Below, piece after piece: positions 57,262 to 64,000 of a stretch of DNA of 64,000 nucleotides. The stretch's first letter is position 1. Each line of letters begins with the position of its first letter. The DNA lies in NCBI RefSeq assembly GCF_009914755.1, contig NC_060938.1; one strand, 5' to 3'. Under the pieces are notes generated by a model. It had not been told where the DNA came from and made no database searches. It saw nothing but the letters and a program-made list of their open reading frames with translations. The translations under genes and the position numbers were made by a program. The stretch comes from the human T2T-CHM13v2.0 reference genome, Homo sapiens.

Positions 57262-58922
57262 TCTGTTCTGGGCTCTTTCCTCTGAATTTTTTCGCCTCTC
57301 AACTTAGAGTGGAGTGAGATGCACTGGATTTGGGCGAAGGGACAAAGGGAGGTTCAGTCCTCCTGGGGACCTCCTTTCTGGGCCACTTCCTGGCTGTGGG
57401 ATCTTGAGCAAGTGACTTTGTTAGCTCTGAGCCTCAGTTTCCTCATCTGTAAAACGGGAATGCTGACCTGCCTCAAAGAGTGTGTGCAGGGATTAAAGCA
57501 CACTTGCTGAGGGCCTCCAGGTTCCTTCCTCTCCCCGTCCCCAGCCACACCTGAGCTGGGCCATGCAGAGGCAGCGCCAGGTGGGGACACGGGCTCTGTT
57601 TCCTGAGATCAGGTCGCCCCTCCCTGATGGTCCCCGCCATCCAGTCACCTGTGGTGCCGGGTGGAGGCCCTGACAGCCCCAGTCTAGTGCCTGTCGCAGG
57701 ACACAGGCATCAGACTTGAGCCTCTGAGCTGCAGGGACCGCTTGGCATAACCACTTATTAGGCCCTGCTATGACTTCTGGCCTAGGAAGAAGGCATAGGA
57801 ATGTGGGGCGTCTGAAGATCTCGTGTATGTAACGCTTCACTAGAGCACGGGCTGCTCTTAGTCCCAGTTTTGTGAATGAGGAAACTGAGGCAGAGAAGGT
57901 GAAATGACTCACCCAAGTCACAGGCGGGGATGATGCTCAGAACACTGAAGCGTGGGGACTGTGAGGATTACACAGTCAGGACCCATGTGTACTGGCTGAA
58001 TATCAGGGCCCATCATTCAGTCACTCGTCAAACATTTGTGCATGGCTGCTCTGGGCCTGGTAGGCCTGAGCATGGCTGAGACAAGCCCTGGCTTTAAGAA
58101 GCTCACTGTCCAGCGGGGACAGCTGCACCCTTCAACAGCCAAAGCAACCCATGGGGACAAAAGTACGCTCAGCAGGAGGAGCACACGCCCACGCTGGAGG
58201 GCGCTCCTTGCAGGCCAGGAGGAGGTTGGGTTCGAGCCAGGTTCTGCTGGACTGGCTGGTTAGCCTTGGCCAGTCACTTCACCTGTCCAGGTGGCAGTTC
58301 TGGGGCTAACGTCCTTGGCCTTTGCAGCTCAAACACGAGCAAGCCAGGGAGGGTGATGATCCCAGGCAGTGGTGGAGAGGGTGCAGGGAGGGGCCTCGGC
58401 CTTCGCAGGCTGCCCACGTGGTGTCTTCCAGGTAGGAATGGGAAAGACATGGGCATTGTGGGTGGGTGAGGCTCAGAGGCATCGCTGCCACCCTCCAGGG
58501 TCCCAGGCAGAGCCAAGTCCAGAGGCCAGTTGGGATTTGGGAACCAAGTCCCTGAGGCTCTGCCTGGTGAGTCTGAGCAGGCAAGGTTCCATGGTGGGAA
58601 CTCAGATTTGGACCTAAGACTGGAGTTGAACTCCCCAGCCCAGCCATTAATGAGCAGGAGTCTTTGGGCAGGCGCTCCTGGCCCTCTCAGTGCCTCAGTT
58701 TCCTCATCTATAAAATGGAGACAATACTTACTATCTCCTTACCAGATTATGGTGATGATCAGGAGCCCACACAGAAAACCACTGCAATGGTGTTGAGTCG
58801 TTTGAGGGGTCTCGGCAAGTCTGGGTTTCTCTGATGAGGATGGGCTGCTCATGGCGGCTAATGCGCACCCCCTGCCCCCTGCAAAGCACAGAAGGACACC
58901 CTCCGAACGGCTGGCGCTATTG

Positions 58923-58928
58923 TTTATT
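58923..58928 (-). terminator. ITPK1: Candidate polyA signal for the ITPK1 distal terminal exon
   Basis: TTTATT on + strand in an AT-rich patch ~1.55 kb past the alternative stop. Confidence 0.6.
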
Positions 58929-59937
58929 TCTTCATGTTTCCAAAAGTTAGGTTTATACTCCACCCCTACAGTTACAGAAATAAACACAACATTAACTGTA
59001 CTCCACTAGACCGTTAGAAATCAAAACAAGACTAGTTAGCAAATACAGAGATCCTAGCGACACCTTGTCCCTGAAACCACCCATCCCAAAGCCACCCGCA
59101 GTGTCCTAACCTCATGGAGTGAACATGCGACCAGGCGAATGAGCCAATGGACAGAAGCCATGGTGTCTGTATCTCATACATGGTCATGTATATTATGCAT
59201 ATGTATGTACACAAATTAAGTACGAACCAGCTTGGGATTCTGGTGAAGTTGCTTGTGAACAGCTTGAAGCAAACAGCATTTGTCACAAAGCCCAGGTGTC
59301 GGCAGGAACAGCAACATCCTGGTGAAATCCCTGTGAGTGGCTTTTCAGAGTGAGCTTCTGAGAGGTGATTCCACACAGCCCTGGAGGAAGGGGGTCGGCC
59401 AGGCTGTAGGAGGGGACAGTCCCTCCACACCACCAGGTCACAGATGACTCTTGAAGGGAAAATGTAATCATTTCTGAAAAGGGGGGGTCTGGGTGCTCCT
59501 GCGGGTGAGAATCAGAAGAAGACCCCAACCAGCAGGAGGCCATGGAGTCATGCTCACCAGCTCTCCCCTGAGCAGTGCGGGAGGCTCACTCACTCCAAAC
59601 CACACTGACAATGGCTGTGCAGAGAGAAGGTACACAGCACAGACCCTTTCTCACAAGGGGAGGACCCATGGGAGAAGCCTCGCCTGTATCACCTGAGTCA
59701 GGCTTATGCCTGGGCGGGGCAGATGACTGTGGCATCGGGGTGTGGCCAGGCTGGCCTGAGGCAGCAGAGGCTGGGCCTTTGTCAAGGACAGCTGCACTTC
59801 TCTGCCTCCCGGTCACCAGGCTGGAGGGGTCGTGCTCCTTTAGGGCAGCCAGCACCCAGCTCAAGGTCTCTGAATCCAATGGCCCATGAGCCACAGCTCG
59901 GGAAGGAGAAGGAGCTGCCGGGGATCCCACCGGGTGA

Positions 59938-60250
<313 letters not shown>

Positions 60251-60474
60251 GAGTTTCTAGGGAATAGAAGAGAGGGCAGATACAGACCCCAGGGACATTA
60301 GTGAAGCCATTCAGCAGTTGCGGCCAGTGGCCAATGTGAGTGCCCAAGAGCCAAGAACTGGTCTTCCAGGCTAGAAGGACAAACGACAGGCTGGCTCCCT
60401 TGGTCTTGGGGTGGCTGTCTGGCAGGCAACAGCTGCTTTGCTCAGTTGGCTCAAACATGTGACAGCTTCCTACT

Positions 60475-60518
60475 TCAGTCGGTCTTCCAGCCTTCTATAA
60501 AGCACACTTGGCAGTCCC
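60475..60518 (-). CDS. ITPK1: ITPK1 alternative distal terminal exon, coding part (G|DCQVCFIEGWKTD*)
   Basis: Acceptor CCTCTCTGTACCCAG on the minus strand has the same phase as the major terminal exon. The peptide matches my recollection of the short ITPK1 isoform C-terminus. Candidate PAS at 58923-58928 (minus). Confidence 0.8.
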
Positions 60519-61756
60519 CTGGGTACAGAGAGGAATGTTTTTCCCAGGTTGCTTTCTCCTTTATTGACAGGCATGAGACACAGGCAGGCCCAGGCACAGG
60601 AAGCCCCATGGAACCTGCCAGGTTGCAGCTGGGTCCAATCCCGCCGGCCATGCTGGGTGACTGCAGGCCCAGCCCACCCACCACGTGTGGACCCAGACAC
60701 CTCCATGACACCAAGGGCAAAGCACCAGTTCCAGGGTGGCCTCCCCTTGGCTCTTGAGGTGGGGACACCCAGCAGCTGGCACTCAGTTGGGGGGTTATGT
60801 TTGCAGAATCACATCACCATATAATCAAAGCACTGTCAGGCAGAACTTGACCCACGGCCTCAGCCCCAGGGTGCTCAATGCAGACTGTGCAGGTGACCCT
60901 CTGAAACTACCCAAGGACTCAGCCAAAGTGTGGTCTGGCCCCTTGCTCCTGGAGCCCTTCAGCACATCCAGGGACCACCATCAAGACAGGCACTGCAGGG
61001 CGCAGAGCCAACGTGCTGACCAACTCAGAAGCAGAAGCTTAGGAACCAGAGCCCCAAGCCACCCCGATGCTGGCGGGGCCAACTCCAGGCGCCGTGCCTG
61101 CACAGCACCACACAACAACCTTTGCTAAGTGGGTCCCTTCCTTGGACCCAGACACTCTCAGTGACTCTGCTCAGGAGGCAGCGCCACCATGCTCTGGAGA
61201 AGAGGAGGCCGCCAGAGCCCGGGTGGTTTTAGTGGGTCTTTCCCTGAGGCAGAAACTCCAAGGCCAGGGACAATGTGACCGAAGGGGAGACAACTCTATG
61301 GACACTGTCCAGGGATCAAAGACGGTCAGCGTGCACCCTTAGGGTACGTTTAGCGAGCTGGGCTCCATCTCTGCCGCTCCCAGGTGCGGGTCCCGCGTCG
61401 CTGTCCAGGCCCCTCATTGCTGACACTCCCCTGGCTTCACTGGGCAGAGTCCACCGGCCCCCCAGCCCTGGGTGTGGCTGGCCCCTCCCTACCTCCCATG
61501 TAGCTCCCAGGCCTTTACGAAGCAAATCTCCATCCTCCATCTCCACTCTTGGAAAATGCAGCTGCCCTGCACACCCACAGCCCCGCCCCCGCCCCACCAC
61601 GGAGGCCTATGGACGCCACCACGACACCACATGGCAGTTACTCGGTATCTGGGCCCTGGACGCGCAAGACCCCGGAGGCCACAAACGGTACAGGAACACA
61701 GCCAGGAGTCACGCTGCACACCCCCACCCGTACCTGAGGCAGACTGGGATTGAAAT

Positions 61757-61878
61757 TTTATTTTTAAAAGGTAAAGCTGTTTTATTAAACGTCTTTTAAG
61801 GACTGGGAGTATGACATAACAAACTTGAGCAACATGTGTAAACACGTGTGAAATGCGGTTTGATTTCAGTAGTTTATT
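61757..61878 (-). terminator. ITPK1: ITPK1 major 3' UTR polyA signal cluster (AATAAA at 61873-61878, 61781-61786, 61757-61762)
   Basis: Three TTTATT on the + strand within an AT-rich patch ~1.7-1.8 kb past the stop codon. Confidence 0.8.
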
Positions 61879-63552
61879 TTGGAGACAAAGCAGTGCAAGA
61901 GGCCAGCCACGCTTTCCTGTTCCCCAGGGCTCAGGGTCAGAACTAGGAAAGGTGACGTACAGACATTAATCGGGGTTCAAAACTCAAGTCGTGTAAACGT
62001 GGTTAGTTGTTGGGTCCTCAGTTTCCAAAAAAGCCGGGCAGTTCTGATGGCCTCTGCCCCTCGCCCAAGCCCTGTGCCTCCCTCCTCAAAGTGGGCATCC
62101 TGCAGCCCAGCTGAGCCAGGCCGAAGGACCTCCATGCACTGGCTCGGGGGCCTCTCTCGGGACACTCAGCACTTTCTCTAGCGTCCTCCATCTCACTGGG
62201 CAGAGGACAGCCCGGAAGCCTTTTTCACTTTTTCAAAGTAAACTGCTATCTTAAGACACAAAAACATACTTGTGGGGGCTGATGCCTCTCACCCAGCACC
62301 CCACATCTTCCAGGACTGCAGAGGCTTCTCCCCAACCCTTTTCTCTGCGGAGGGGGCTGCCTGGATCAGGGGTCAGACGGCAGAGCCAGTGCTTTGCTGC
62401 CAAGGTGATGGGGTGAGTCTGAGGTGTGCAGAAGCTATGGGGGGCGGGTGGCTCCCTGGCACCTGCTGGCTCAGTGCTTGGGGCTTGCAATGAGAGGTGG
62501 ACCAGGCCTGCTGGGTGAGGAGGGACCCAGCAGGTGTGAAAAGGAGTGAACCCACTGGGAAGAGGGCCCCGATCTCCATGGTGTCATGCCGAGGCTCCCG
62601 CGCCTATCCTCACCTAGGTGACTTTATGGAAAGGCAGGCTGCATCCCAGGGGTTAGGGCACAAAGCCAGCCCTGTGGTGCTCTCTGATCTCAAATGTCCA
62701 CTAGAGACGAGGGGGTGGAGGCCCAAAGACCTGGAATGATTTGCCCAAATCACAGCACAAATCCTCAGCACAGGCGCCATCGGCTCGGGCCTCCAGCCAG
62801 GCAGCCTCCTTCCCGGGCTCCAGGGAGCAGCAGTGCTGGCTTAGGGGAAGGAGACCGCTGTGCAGGGCTAAATGGGACGTGTGTTGGGGGGCCCGGAGGA
62901 CGCCCAGCTTCCTTTCCTTCCCTTTAGTGAGGGAGCACAGCCCAGACCCCAGCGCGGAACTCCCCTGAGGGGTCTGTGGCCTCCTCTGGCTGTGGGGAGG
63001 GAGGGGTTAGCTGCACACCAGGCAGGGTGGGGGCTAACAAAGCCTTGGTGGAGACCAGTAGGAGGAAAAACAAGGAAGGGGCAGGTCAGGGAGTGGGGAG
63101 TCAGGCAGAAGGGAAGCCACTCTCACACGCACTGATCAGCCTCCCACAGCCCGACATGGGCAGGCTTCCCCCAAGGGTCCCAGTCCACAGTGGCCATGGA
63201 GACCAACAGACAGGGATGTGCACAGACACTGGCATGGCAGCCATACGCACACCCCTCACCTCCCATCCAGACCTAGTGTTGCAAACACAAGCGTGTGTAA
63301 ACTCAGTTAGGAGGTCTGCACAGTAGAGAGCAGGCGGACGGCCCCACTCCCCAACGGTGGACCACCTGGTACTCTCTTCCATCCCCCACTACCCCTCATT
63401 TAGATCATGACATCAGAGAATCAGGTTAAAAATTAAAAAACAGAAGAATCAGATCACTGGGGATTCTTAGTAGTAGCATCGCCGTTGGGAGCTGCTGGCC
63501 CAGCGGGTGTGCTCTGCGCCCTGCGCTGCCCCTCTGGGTCCCGGCTCCGTGG

Positions 63553-63896
63553 CTACTGGGAGGAGGCCTTGGTGGCCAGGGAGGCCACACAATGCTGCTG
63601 GAAGCTGGGCGACACGCCGGCGTTGCAGCCGAGTCTCTGGTGCGGCAGCTTGGCGGTGCCGCCCGCGTCGGCCTCAGCCTTCCAGGGCGCGTCCTGGCCC
63701 ATCATGCTGCCGCAGCAGCCGGGGCTGGCGCTGCATGTCCGCTCGCCCACCAGGCCGCCCGCCGGCTCGGCCAGAAGCTTGCTGTGCCTCAGCAGGGCCA
63801 CGTCCCCTGTGGCTGCCATGGCTGTGCTCTGGCCCTGCAGGACAGTGGCGATGTGGTTCAGGAGGTCTGTGAAGAACTCGCTCACGCCCTCGTAGC
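63553..63896 (-). CDS. ITPK1: Inositol-tetrakisphosphate 1-kinase, major terminal coding exon (G|YEGVSEFFTDLLNH...ATKASSQ*); upstream exons lie beyond the window
   Basis: Translation matches the ITPK1 C-terminus; pyrimidine-rich acceptor CCAG at 63897-63900 (minus); TAG at 63553-63555. Confidence 0.96.
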
Positions 63897-64000
63897 CTGG
63901 GGGTGGGAGAGAGACAGCACAAGGGGCGTGAGCCAGGGGCACGCATCATGCAGGGAGGAGGAGGAGGAGGCAGAACCGATGGGCTCCTGGGATGAGGCAG

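Overview
This is human genomic DNA, recognisable as the CHGA-ITPK1 locus (14q32). The first ~44 kb is repeat-rich intergenic sequence: many Alus, L1/L2/MIR relics, several ERV/MaLR solo LTRs, a MER44 DNA transposon, a full-length young SVA at 32.5-34.8 kb and an 18-bp minisatellite at 41.76-42.43 kb. The complete 8-exon chromogranin A gene (CHGA, + strand) follows, with a CRE/TATA promoter near 45.1 kb, CDS 45354-56877 (457 aa) and a polyA signal at 57256. The 3' end of ITPK1 is convergent on the - strand, with its major terminal exon (CDS 63553-63896) and a more distal alternative terminal exon (CDS 60475-60518). I see no new protein-coding gene. The best candidate for an undescribed element is the minisatellite 2.7 kb upstream of CHGA: 38 units carrying 25 perfect sense-strand AATAAA hexamers, nearly all followed by GU-rich sequence, apparently amplified from inside an old ERVL LTR. 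It could act as a natural polyadenylation/termination trap shielding the CHGA promoter. Other leads are a second distal RE1/REST site, a perfect 3x40-bp intronic repeat carrying kappaB sites, and several clusters of neuroendocrine TF motifs. Repeat subfamily names were recognised by eye and their boundaries are approximate.
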